A stretch of DNA of 56,660 nucleotides, taken from contig CAUYUJ010000075.1 in the NCBI GenBank assembly GCA_963575745.1, positions 62,001 to 118,660 of the forward strand, given 5' to 3'. The position numbers were made by a program, and so were the translations under genes. Numbering within the stretch: the first letter of the stretch is position 1; each line of letters opens with the position of its first letter. Under the pieces are notes generated by a model. That model made no database searches and was not told the origin of the DNA. It worked only from the letters and a program-made list of their open reading frames with translations. This DNA is from Prorocentrum cordatum. Taxonomy: Eukaryota. Positions 12,801-25,125 of the stretch are shown here, in pieces.

Positions 12801-13617
12801 CAAGAGGAAACATTAGCGAGGTTTTTCGAAATGCTACTCCAGGCAAGCTGCGAGCTGGCCGTGCCCGCAAACAGTCAGGAGGAGCATCAGCGAGGTTTCT
12901 CGGAGTGCAACTCATGACAGCCAGCGTGGGCCGTGGGCACAACAGAACGCCTGCATCACCATGAGCCTGCTTGGAGTACCGTCAGGTACACTACTGCAGG
13001 GTGCAGAAGGAAACAAGAGTGATCATCAGGAAGCCCACCAATGTGGCCCTCATTGGCCCTACCTTTACGGTGACTCACAGTATGCTCTACCTCACATACA
13101 CTTCAAGGGGGAACGATGGGTTACTTCAACAGAATACCAGAGTACAGATGTGACAATGCACGGGACATCTTTCGGAACGAACGAGATGTGAGCCGAGCGG
13201 GAAATTGAAGCACTCAGTTCAAAGTGTAGGATAACCAGCTCCCACAGCAACAGTTTGGGAACTCGGGCTTTCCATCTGTCCCCCGTCTCCTCATTTTGAG
13301 GTCGTGTCGGCATCTCCTCTTCCCCTGGCTTGGGCGCCCTGCTAAGCCCGCGCGTCCCTCCCCTAGAGCACGCGGAAGGGCCAGCAGCCGCTCCCCACGC
13401 ACTGACCCGCAGGGACTCGTGATGTAAGGTGGCGAGCCTCTCTTACGGGGCCACCTCGGAGCTCTGTCCTTGAGCTACGTGGCATGCCCCCTGCCGGCCC
13501 TAGTGGGAAGGCAGGGCTGTAGCACAACAAATACATAGCAGGGGATTTTGACTGTGGAGCGTAGGTCACCTGAATATATGTGTTCAAGCGTTGTACCCCC
13601 TTTATACGGGTGTCCTT

Positions 13618-13742
13618 GTCCTCCTCCTCCTCCTCCTCCTCCTCCTCCTCCTCCTCCTCCTCCTCTCCGTCCTCCTCCTCCTCCTCCTCCTCCTCCCCCC
13701 TCCAACTTATGGTGGTGGTGGTGGTGGAAGACAGGCCCATCA
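13618..13742. mobile_element. MITE family A, one arm only
   Basis: (CCT)n followed by CCCCTCCAACTTATGGTGG..GGAAGACAGGCCCATCA. Confidence 0.65.
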
Positions 13743-14772
13743 CCTCGAGCCTTGGCTTCGCAGCGCCGGTCTACAAACCCGGCGGCATCGGGCCTCGAGG
13801 CCGCGCTGCAGGAAGCCTATTCCAGGTCTTCCTGATAACCTCGCCCGCCCTCCCACGAAACACCCGCACCCCCCCCTTATTCTCCTCCTCCTGCTCCTCC
13901 TCCTCCTCCTCTTCTCCTTCGCTCCTCGTGTTGGGACCCCCGCCCTCCTTCTCCGAATCCTCCTCCCTATGACCAGTGTGCCACTGCGGGAGGGGAAGCA
14001 AGCCCCCGCTGTCAAATGATGAACGACTCGCCGCTGTTGCCAACGACGCATTGTCCGCCGGTCCAGACGCACTTGTGCTTGGCGCCATATCTCGCGCAGG
14101 ACTTCTCGGTCTGGTACGACTTATGAGACCCGGAGCAGCAAGTTTCTCCTTTGCGCATCGTCTTCCCCCTGATCCTCCTGCTCCTTCTTTTCGTCTGGAG
14201 GGCAGGAGAACCACAGGTCGTACACATTCCCCTACAAGCGCTGTCCTTCAGCAGACGTGCCCGCGCAAGGAACTCGAACAAGGCAGGACCGATCAGTAAA
14301 CGCCCAGGGGTCAGAAGTATACGCTTGTGATCTGAGTCGGGGTGCTCTTCTAGAGGAACAGAAATTGCATAATTCCACACGTTTGACAGTCAGCACGGAT
14401 TTGTTTCGTCTGCGCTTGACCCGTCCCTGGCGCGCTCTGCAAGCTAAGGACGGGGTTGGGTGCAACGCAGATCCAGACAATCCGCGCGGATCGTTCAAAA
14501 ATGCACGTTTACCCTTTTATGCTGTTTTATGCTGTTTTGTTTTCCTCTGTTTTCTCCTCGCTTGATTACTCACGACGTGGACACTTTGAACTCCTCGACC
14601 TCTTCCCCGGGGCTGGTCTTCCGTCGAGAGCCGTTTTGTTGATAGCCCCCCCAGGTGCTGTCGCCGAGGGGTACACACATATCTATGTACACATAAACAT
14701 AAGCAGATGCATAACAATTACATACATGTGTATATATGTGTATATATGTGTGTATATATAGATATATCGATA

Positions 14773-14805
14773 CTAGAACAATCGCGCGCGCTTCGCGCGC
14801 GCACG
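14773..14805 (-). mobile_element. Helitron-like 3' terminus
   Basis: The minus strand reads a CGCGCGCG-AAG-CGCGCGCG hairpin, 6 nt, then CTAG|T. Confidence 0.55.
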
Positions 14806-15229
14806 CTCAGGTTCTCTGGGGTCCCAGCGCGCAGTGAGATGCCGAGGGCTTGGCGACGTCTGCGGATATGACTGTAGCCCGAATGCGCTGCGGAAACGCG
14901 TAGTGGAGAACCCTTCCCTGAGAACGGGGGACTCGAGGAGGACGACGAAGAGAACGAGGGTAGCGGTTTGGAGGTCGAGAGAAGGGGGAAGAGTCCCCGA
15001 GCATGACGGCGGTGAAGACGAGGGCAGAACGGGAACGAGGGGCAGGAGCAGAACGAGAAGTGGAATCCTTGAAGACGAACAACAGGAGGAAAGCAAAGAG
15101 GAGGGGCAGCCGTGCCCCTCGTCCACGTGTGCCCCTCCTGGCGGCCTTCGGCACATCCTGCCACCGAGCCTGGGCTGCTGGTGTGGGACATCGTGAGTGC
15201 CTGTTCGCGTCCCTGGGGGAAACTTAGGG

Positions 15230-16256
15230 CAACCTGTTGGAATCAAAGGTGATGCCTCTTGGGGCGCTTTCTGGGGCCTCTTCGGAGCCTCTTGTGGCCC
15301 TCTTGGGTCCTCTCGGGGGGGGGGGGGCGTCCTTCGGGCCTGCTGGCGATCTTCGGGGTCCTCTTGGGGCCGAGGCTTCGAAATATGGGTTCGCATTTCC
15401 CTCCCACGAGCCCCTCTTGGGGCCCTGTTGGCCGGTCCCGGGTGCCTCTTGGGCCGTCTTGGGGGCCTCTTAGGCAGTCTTAGGGCCCTCTGGGGCACCT
15501 CTTCGGCCTTTGGGGGCTCTCTTAAGGGCCTCTAGGCCCGTCTTGGACGCGGGACATGAAAACAACGACTGCAATAGAAATGCACGCTTCCCCAAGGCGA
15601 TTCTGCCTCTTCGGGTTCTCTTGAAGGTCCTCTTGGAGCCGTCTTGGGGCATCCTCGGGGCCTGCTGGCGATCGTCGGGGTCCTCTTAGGGCTCGAAATG
15701 TGGGTTCGAATTTCCCCCGCGGGTCCCCTGTTGGTGCTCTCTTCGGCCGCCCTGGGCGGTCCTGGGTGCCTCTTGGGCCGTCTGTTATGTCCACGCCCCC
15801 CACGACGCAGGTGTCCATGGTTGACGCGCGAAGACCAAACCATCAGTCCTGGACACTGTACACGGCTAGCCCCCATGGTTCCCTGCCGCTAAGAAATCGG
15901 AGGTGAGGGGGTGAGATCGAAGTGGAACGGAGAGCCCCCCTACCGGGAAATCGATTTCGGTTTCGTGTTCGTGCGTGCCGTGCTGCGGGCGGGCGAGGCG
16001 AAGCTGCGTGGGCGGGCGAGAAAAAGGCTCCTGTGGCTGAGGCGCGGCCGGACCAAATGATTCCCTTCCGGGCGGCCGGTGGCCCGCGGTGTCCCGCCGG
16101 TGTCCCGCGAAAGTCCCGTGTGGCTGAGGCGCGGCCGGACCAAATGACTCCCTTCTGGGCGGCCGGTGGCCCGCGGTGTCCGGCCGGTGTCCTACGGTGT
16201 CCCGCGGTGTCCCGCGGTGCCCCGCGGTGTCCCGCCGGTGTCCCGCGGTGTCCCGC

Positions 16257-16307
<51 letters not shown>

Positions 16308-16494
16308 GATGATGATGATGATGATGCTGATGATGATAATGATGGTGATGCTGATGTGCTGCTGCTGATGATGATGATGACGATGATGATGATGATGATA
16401 TGAGGATGATGGTGTCCCGATGATGATGATGATGATGATGATGAAGATGATGATGATGATGAGATGATGATGCTGATGCTGATGATAATGATGG

Positions 16495-16525
<31 letters not shown>

Positions 16526-16569
16526 GATGATGATGATGATGATGATGCTGATGATGATGATGGTGATGC

Positions 16570-16604
<35 letters not shown>

Positions 16605-17046
16605 CGATGATGATGATGCTGATGGTGTCCCGATGATGAGGATGATGATGATCATGATGATTATGTTGATGATCATGATGATGACGATGATGGTGTCCCG
16701 ATGATGATGAGTATGATGATGTTGATGTTGATGATGCTGATTATGATTGTGTCCCGATGATGATGATGTTGATGATGATGAGGTTGATGATGATTATGGC
16801 GTCCCGATGATGATTATTATGATGGTGATGATGATGTTGATGATGATGGCGTGACGATGGTGATGATGATGATGATGATGATGTGATGATGATGATGATG
16901 ATGATGTTGATGCTGATGTTGGTAATGATGATGATGGTGCCCAGATGATGACGATGATGATGATGCTGATGATGATGTTGATGATGCTGATGATGATGAT
17001 GTCGATGATGAGGATGAGATGATGATGATGATGATGATGGTGTCCC

Positions 17047-17091
<45 letters not shown>

Positions 17092-19733
17092 AACGATGGT
17101 GATCATGATGGTGCCGCGATGATGCGATGACTGTGTCCCGATGTTGCTGATGATGATGCTGATGATGATGATTGTGATGATGGTGATGATGATGATGGTG
17201 GTGTCCCGATGATGTTGATGACCGTGATGATGATGATGATGATGATGATGTTGGATGTTGATGATGAGGACGGTGTCCCGATTATGATGATGTTGGTGAT
17301 GATGATGTTGATGTTGATGTTGTTGTTGATGATGATGATGATGATGATGATGACGTTGATTGTGAGAGCGGTTGTGATATCGATAGTGAGATCGATAGTG
17401 AGACCGAATGTGATATCGATTGTGAGATCGATTGTGAGATTGTGAGATCGATAGTCAGATCAATTGTGAGATAGATCGAGTGAGATCGATTGTGAGATCG
17501 ATCGAGGGAGATCGATCGAGCGAGACCGATACTGAGATCGATAGTGAGATCGATAGTGAGACCGATCAAGTGAGACGTTGGTTCCTCCCCCCCCGAACCT
17601 CCTTATCACCCGAAGGGTGGTCGTATAGGTAAATATAGAGAGACTAAAACCAAGCATATCATCGAAATCGGCATCGTTGAAGTTTACAACGGAATGAAGG
17701 GCCAACCCATCTCTTGTTGTGAATGTGTACTGCATGGGTCCCTCTTGGCCCGTCATGGGGAGCTGAGCCCGTCTTGGGGCCCTCTTGGGGCCCCCTCCGA
17801 CCATGTAGGGATCCTCTGGTGGGCCCCCTCGGGCCCCCTGGTGACTTTCTTGGGGCCGTCTTGGGGCACCCGTGTACTGCTTGAAGCTCTCTTCGAGTCG
17901 TCTTGAGGCCCTCTTGGGGGCTTCTTGGGCCGCCTGGGGCCGATTTTCGGGAGTCTTTGGGGCCGTCGCGGCCGCTGTTAGGAGTGAAAAAGCTACCATC
18001 CCAGAAATATACGCTTTTCCATTGGAAATGCTTGATGTTTGCCCTTGGGGGACCTTCTCGGCGGCCTCTTGGACCGTCTTGAGGGCCGTTGTGGCCGTCT
18101 AGGAGCAATCTTGGGCTGTCTTTGAGCTCTCGCGGGCCGTCTTGAGGCCATCTCAGTGCACTGTTCAGCCATCTTCCAGACCACCTGGGGCACTTTGGGA
18201 GCCTCTTGGGCCAGCCTAGGGGCCTCTGGGGGGGTCCGGGGCCCCTTCTGGGCCCTCGTGGAGTCCTCAAGGCCCCCCCGGACCGCCATGCAAACCAGTG
18301 GTCGTGGTTCTGGGCCCACGATTTTGGGCCCACGATTTTCTGGGAGCTGAGAGGGGGCCGTAATTGTGGTCTGTTGTGCAAGAGTAGACAGGGGGGGCGA
18401 ACTTGAAAAACATAATTTTTGGATTTCCTTTTTTTTCTAGTTGCCGTGCCAGGCGCACAAGAGGCACCGAAGAGGCCCCCAGAAAGGCCTTGGAAGCCCC
18501 CAAGATGCCCGCCAGAACCCTCCAAGAGGCCCCCGAGACCATCGACAACCCAGGCACGGTAGCGGGATGGGGTGGAGGCCCTTGCATCCGCCGCTCCCTG
18601 GTGATTCATCACAGGGGTGCACGACGTGCTAAATTTCTGAAAAGTGTTTTCTTTTCCAGAGAACTTCCAATGGGGTCTCGGCCCAACCCGCCGGCCATCC
18701 GGAAAGCCCAGGAAACTTAATTCTCCATTGGTCCCATCGCGTCCAAGACGGCCAAGACGGTCCAAGATAAGATGGCCTCCAAGTTCACCCAAGATGGTCC
18801 AAGATGGCCCCCAATACAGCCCAATGGGATGATCAAGGAACATGTCGAGGAAGAGGATAGTTAGAGAGTAGGGGTCCCAACTTGAAAAAAAAACATCTCT
18901 GACATTATATATTTTGTAATCAAATTCTTCAATCTCTGAGCGTTGGAAACGGGAATAAATGAGAAAAACGAAAAAGGTAAAAACCAAAAAACGGAAATCA
19001 ATGTTTTTACCGTCTCCGGGCTCTCTCGGGACGGCTCTCGAAGCTCTCTTGGGCTGTGTTTGGGGCCTCGTCGGGGCTTTTTGGGGGCTTTTCAAGAGTC
19101 TTGGGTGTGTTGGGGGGCCTCTGGGAATTTCCGGAGGCCCCTGGGAGGTCTCTGAAGGAATCCTGCTCCCGCTCTTAGGCCTATCTTGGGTATGCTCTGA
19201 AAGGTCTGGGGCTGTCCTGGGCGCCTCTTCGGCAGTCTTAGGCCTTGGCCCGTCTTGGGACCGTCTTGGGGGCCTCTTGGGGCCGTCTTGGGAGCCTCTT
19301 GAGCGGTCTTGGGGCGGTCTTGGGGGCCTCTTCGGCCGCGTTGGAGCGTTGGAAGCATGATATGGTGAGAATGCCACAACTTTTGAAACAAAACATGAAA
19401 ATGAACGATGTTTGGCTCTCCGGGCGCTCTCGGGAGGCCTCTAGGAGCTCTTTTGAGGTCTCTTGGGGGCCTCCTGGGAGCCTAGAGAGCCGACCGAAGG
19501 CTATCTTGGGATGCTTGGGAGCGTCTTTGGCCGTTCTTTTATGTTCTGGGGGCTTCTTGGGGTCGTCTTGGGTTGTCCGTGGGCGTTTTGGGAGCTCCCC
19601 AGGAGGCCAGGAAGCGCGGTACTGGGAGCGTAAGGCAGATGTCACGGGGAGGTGTATTTGTCTATCTATATATGTACAAGCCGCCGTGATCTGCTAGGCG
19701 ACCGGTATACAGACAGGCTGCTGAATGAAGGAA

Positions 19734-19773
<40 letters not shown>

Positions 19774-21000
19774 AGCGACGTCCTTTCTTGGCACCAACCG
19801 CGCCTGGGTGCACGAAGAGAGCTAGAGGAACAGCCACGGAACGACCTAAGGAACAGCGAGCCCCTTCCAAATCCAAAGCGGTCCTTATTTCAGCGTCTTG
19901 ACTGTAGGTATTTGGCCCTCCGCTGCCGAACACGAAACCCCGATCTTGAGGCGCGTTCTCACCAGGGGACCCCGCGCCTAACCACCGTGCCTGGGTCGCG
20001 AAAGAAGGGTCTCTGGGAGGCTTCTTCGACTTTGTTTGGAGGTCTCTGGGACGCATGGGGTCCCTTGGGGGACTCTTGAGGCCTCTGGGAACCTCTTATG
20101 TCGGGGATCTTCTGACCTGGGTCAATCCAGACCCGGGTCAGTCAGGCCTTGCCGAATCCTGCAAAATCCTGCAAGACCCTGCACCCAAACCCAGGTCAAT
20201 GCGAAGGATCCTGCAAGATCCTGCAGGATCCTGCAAGATCCTGCACCCAAACCTGGGTCAGTGCGGCCCTGGCCCTGCAGGATCCTGCAGGATCGGGCGC
20301 TCTGGCTGACCCCCGTTTGCATTGACCCCCGTCTCCCGAGCCCCGATTGTGAGCGTCCTGCAGGCCTCCGGGAGAGCCTTGGGGGCGTTGGGACTCTTGG
20401 GCGCTTGGGCATGGTTCTGAAGCCTATTTTGAGTATCGTTTCTCCGATCCCCATCCTCAGCGGCGTGGCCTGGGCCCCACTGGCCGACTTGCCCCCCTGG
20501 CTGAGGATATAGGCCGTTCCCTTCGGGTTTCGTGGGGTGTATCCCCAACTGGGGGGGTTAATTCGTGGGGGTCTCGAAGGGGATGGGGATGGGGATGGGG
20601 GTCAGATAAACGATACTGATATTTGGCTGTAATCAGGCTTTCCGGGGCCCTATTGGGCCTTCTTGAAGCCCCCTCGAGCAGTCTCGGGCCCCCTCGGGCG
20701 CCTTTTGGGCCGTCGTGGACGCTGTGGGAATCCGAGAAGCGAGCGTGCTAACAAACAAGACGATTTCCCACAGAAGCTTGGTGATTTTGACCTCCTGGTG
20801 GCCCTCTTGAGGAGCCTCTTGGAACCTTCTGGAGGCGACTTGAAAGTTTCTTGGCCCGACTTGGGGCCATCTTGGGGCGTCTTGGAGCGCTCTTGGGGCC
20901 CTCTCGGGGCGTCTTGGAGGCCTCGTGGACAGTCCGGCGGCCATCTTGGATGCTCTTGGAGAATCTGCAACTGTCTGGGACCCACCGGAGCCGCCAGAGG
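15230..21000. repeat. Patchwork of degenerate CTTGGGGCC-type (~11-bp) satellite blocks, (CGGTGTCCCG)n, (GAT)n 16258-17360, 12-bp GAGATCGATWGT array 17360-17575, (TA)n and (GGATCCTGCA)n
   Basis: Direct reading. Further CTTGGGGCC-type blocks lie near 25660-25930 and 40920-41290. Confidence 0.85.
20432..20617. mobile_element. MITE family B (second copy ~22112-22306)
   Basis: TIR AGTATCGTTT/AAACGATACT. The internal sequence (CCCTTCGGGTTTCG.GGGGTGTATCCCCAACTGGGG..GTCTCGAAGGGGATGGGGATGGGG) is shared by both copies. Confidence 0.75.
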
Positions 21001-21463
21001 AGGCTCCCGGGAGGGGGCCACTGCGCAACAGCAAGGGGGTCCGTCCACACATATGCGCACACATATAGTATAGGTGGGGCGATTTCGAACACAGTTTTAT
21101 GCCGCTGGGAAGGATCGTGGTAAATGCGATCGGATCTTCTCAGTGACGACGGCGACGACGTCCGCGAGCAGGCCTGGAACCAAATTTACTTATGTTTGAG
21201 TCGTACCCAGGGCGCTGTTGCGTGACGGGCCCTCTTGGGCAGTTCTGGATCGCCACGTTGCAACATGGGTGGTGGTGGACACCCAGCGGACGTGGAGCCC
21301 CCAAAACTTGCGCGAGCTCAGACCACACGATGTTGTTTCAAACCGCCAGCAAGCCCCCGCCCCATCTTTCACCAGGACTGGTTTTCAACAACGAGTCTTT
21401 CATGTTCGGCCACGTGGACGGGAAACGGCAGGCGACGCTATCAGGGGGGGGGCATCGACCTTT

Positions 21464-21620
21464 AAGTCGGGCATGTCCCCCTACAGGGGGATTTGGGACG
21501 AAAAATAAGAAATACCCAACAAATATACCAAAAAGGTCATGCATAGTCAAACAATCGTCCCCTGACTTTTAAAAACAACTGTTTTTGAATCTTCCTCCTG
21601 TAGAGGGACATGCCCGACTT
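21464..21620. mobile_element. MITE family C (second, opposite-orientation copy ~29785-29938)
   Basis: ~25-bp TIR AAGTCGGGCMTGTCCCYCTACAGG with an AT-rich core; TTAA-like flanks. Confidence 0.8.
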
Positions 21621-24600
21621 CAATCGACATGGCATCGGCGATGCCTCGCCGAGGGATCCTCTGGCAAGGCCTCGACAGCGGACCCCCACGCCCCTGGGCG
21701 GGGGCAGGGCCCAGGCCCCGAGTGGGCACGGAACGGGCGACTGGGGCTCGACGCTCGACGCTCCTTGCCCCCCCCCTGGGCCAGTCCCCCCCCCTCCTCC
21801 TCCCCTCCTCCTCCTCCTCCTCCTCCCCCTCCTCCCCCTCCTCCTCCTCCTCCTCCTCCTCCTCCTCCTCCTCCTCCTCCTCGACGCCGCCCCTGATGAG
21901 CATCCTCTATCCGATCCCAGGGACCGACCACAGCGATGTTTAAAACGAAATTGTTGTTTACAACGAACAGCGAAACGAACGCTTTAAACGAAGCCGGTGC
22001 CAAACGAAAACGAACGACGAAACGGGGCGTTCAAAGCAACAACGAGAAACGAAACGAAACAATAACGAACCACAAAACGAATAACAAAACAAGGGCCTAG
22101 ACCAATCTAAACATCGTTGTGGTCGGTCCTTGTCCGATCCCTATCCCCAGCGGCGCGGCCTGGGCCCCGCTGGCCGATTTGCCCCCCTGAATGGGGATAT
22201 GTGTCGTTCCCTTCGGGTTTCGAGGGGTGTATCCCCAACTGGGGTGGTAGTTTGGTTGGGGTCTCGAAGGGGATGGGGATGGGGATGGGAATCGGTTAAA
22301 CGATACCGACCTGACCGGGAGGCCGGCAACTGGCGAGAACCCACAGGCGCAGTGTTTTGCTTGAGGCATCCTGCGCTGCAGGCCCCGGCGGCGTCGTGGT
22401 AGAGGCAGCAAGACTTCGCAGGCGACGGCGGCCCCGGAGGAGCCTGGAGAACGACGGCGAAGACAAAGACGATGACGAGGACCACGAACGACGGCGAGGA
22501 CGACCTCCAGACACACCTTTCCTGGAGTGCGCCCTGGCCAGAAGCTCGATCCAGTCCTCCCAAGCGGGGCCCGAATAGGCGGAGTCCGAGGAGCGCGCCG
22601 CACCGCCGATGCGGCTCGATGTGGATCCCGATGCTCTCTTCGCCGACGTCGCCGATGCATCGCGAACCCCAAAAACGGAAAAGAGCACCCGAAAACCACG
22701 ACCCCAAGGGCGATGTCGGCGAAGGCGGCGGCGGCGGCACCGTCGGAGGCGGCCCTGAGAACGAGGGCGCCCAGAGGACGGCTACAAAGAGACCGACGTG
22801 GCCGACGACGAAGACGAGGGCGAGAGCGTAGACAAATACGACGCCAGACCATGTCCATATCCTCTGCCGCGGCGTCGTGCCCTGCGATCTCGATGAATAG
22901 CGGATAGGGGCATCTGCCCGCCCGAGCGGGCGGGCAGGCATCAACATCCACCACTCCTCGAGATCCCAGGGCGCGACTCAGAAGCGGTGGATGTGGACAC
23001 GCTGCTACTACGCCACTGGAGCAACAGCGACGGCCCAGACATGCAGCAGTCGTATCTTTGTCCACAGCGCGGCCCCACAGAGGTCTGGAACCCCTCCTGA
23101 GGCCGAGCTTTTCATCCCGAGTCGTTCGCTGGCGGCCTGGAGGCCCTGCAAGGGCACCCGCAACCGAAAATGGCCAAAAACCTTCCGTCGCGATCCTTGC
23201 ACGACGCGGGGAAGCCCCATCCGCCGTGTGGGGCAACCCTGGGCCTCCCTTTGGAAAAGCGCTCGACGACGCCCGGGCTGATGGAAACCACGCCAGGGCC
23301 CACCAAAACCTCCTGCAACCGCTTCGGGAACCTTCGACCGTTTCTGCAGTGCGACTCGAGGCTGTGCCAGAGGTTCGGCGCCCCACGCGTCAGGACGTGG
23401 GGTCGTGGTTACGCCTTCCCAAGCGCCTGAACCAAAGAACTACGGCGATACCGTCGGGGATCTGTGTATCATGTATCCCTCTCTCTACAACCTGCACCCG
23501 CAAACCTCCAGCAACCCTGTCGAAAACCTTCGAAGACTTTCCGTCGTGATTTCAGTCGCGGCGCGATGATGTCAGGAGACGGCGGCGGCGGGGGCGACGG
23601 CCGCGGCGGCTTGGGCGCTGCTTGATGGGGAGGCGGGGGGTCAGCAAATGGGGGGAGGTGAGAGAGGGGGCGAAGGCAGGCGTCCCTTTCGCGCATCGTT
23701 GGGGGCCCCCTCGGTCACCCCTCCGACTTCCCTGACCGTCCCAGAACCAGGAAGGCTACTGCAGGGTCCCTTTCCTGCAGCCCTCGATCCCCTCTCCAAT
23801 ACCCGTGGCCCTCCAGGTGGGCTCAGCAAACACAGCACCAGGGTCTTGGCAGCTAGGGCTGGAGGTTCATGCTTGTGGCACTCTGGAGCACCGGGGCGAC
23901 CGCCCCCCCCCCACCTCGAAACGCACGGGCGGCGACGGCGCCGCTCGCTCATCGCCGATAAGGGGGCGCGATCGGGGGCGTCTGCCCAAGGGCGGCTGGA
24001 GAGCGCCCCTGCCTGCCACCGCAGGGGTGCCAACTCCCGAGCCGACCTGGGACAGGCGCTCCCGACCGCGGAACACACGTTATCCCGTCCTTCGCCCGCT
24101 GGCTAACGTTGCCCCAGAAGGCAGAGGTCCCATCGGCGAAGAGTGAACGTCTGGGAGTCGGTGCGTCCTCCCCTGGACCTACTGTCGTCGTGCTACCATT
24201 AGGTCGGGTTAAGCGGGACTACGCCAAATTCAGCCGGATTAAGCGGGATTCACCGGAATGAGCTGGATTTAGCTGGATGTTGGACCAGGGCAAAGTCAGA
24301 GCTGCACCTCCCAGACATTTCATGTTTGCCCACACTCTCTCAAAATCAACGCGTGATCTGCTGCGCTCTTGGCAGAGCATGCTGTGCTATATATTTCCCT
24401 GCGCTTCGCGCCTGTTGCGTGTAGGTGGTCCTTGCCTCAGCGTCTTGCCTGGATGTTTTGGGGGGGGCTCAGGTTATCGCGGCCGCCTGCGCCCAGCGCC
24501 CCCCAGGAGAACCGGACCTTGTCGGTCGTGCAGGTCCTGCCCGAAGCGAAAAGGTGAGGTTATCGGCCAACCCCCCACCCCCCCCCACCCCCACCCTGGA

Positions 24601-24719
24601 TAACCCGCGCTATCGCCGAGAAATACAACAACGGTCTCCTGCACCCCCCTCGGGGGGGTGCAGGCGACCGTTTTTGAACGAGACGCAGCAGAACAACCTA
24701 AAATCGGAGGCGACCGTTT

Positions 24720-25125
24720 TTCCTCCTCCTCCTCCCCCTCTCCCTCCTCTCCTCCTCCTACCCCTCCTCCCCCTCCTCCTCCTCCCCTCCCTCCTCCTCC
24801 TCCTCCTCCTCCTCCTCCTCCTCCTCCTCTCCTCCTCCCTCTCCTCCTCCTCCCTCCTCCTCCTCCTCCTCCTCCTCCTCCTCCTCCTCTCCTCCTCCTC
24901 CTCCTCCTCCTCCTCCTCCTCCTCCTCCTCCTCCTCCTCCTCCTCTCCTCTCCTCCTCCTCCTCCTCCTCCTCCTCCTCCTCCTCTCTCTCCTCCTCTCC
25001 TCCTCCTCCCCTCCTCCCCTCCTCCCCTCCTCCTCCTCCTCCTCCTCCTCCTCCTCCTCCTCCTCCTCCTCCTCCTCCTCCTCCTCCTCCTCCTCCTCCT
25101 CCTCCTCCTCCTCCTCCTCCTCCTC
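24720..25125. repeat. (CCT)n microsatellite
   Basis: Direct reading; similar tracts at 27145-27615, 28525-28645 and 55790-56660. Confidence 0.95.

Larger units (their letters stand above)
8430..13300 (+). mobile_element. Decayed, 5'-truncated non-LTR (LINE-like) retroelement with several downstream ORFs
   Basis: About 4.8 kb of intronless, non-repetitive, frameshifted coding-like sequence. It begins with a post-RT region (SEVFRRWRIP..RRRRLRW..AAVFG) and Zn-finger remnants (WCDW..FTTAAALAGHRR; THQCPWC), followed by further co-oriented ORF remnants. The RT core is absent and both boundaries are approximate. Confidence 0.6.

Noticed and set aside
12790..12835. CTGAT...GAAA next to the hairpin motif, suggesting a hammerhead ribozyme
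   Set aside because: The CUGANGA core and three stems cannot be built.
17659..19377. 572-aa ORF
   Set aside because: Translation of the degenerate CTTGGGGCC satellite (GPKTAQEAPK-like); no domain signal.
22300..23560. Coding-like non-repetitive segment, possibly a decayed retroelement
   Set aside because: No recognisable motif or consistent frame.
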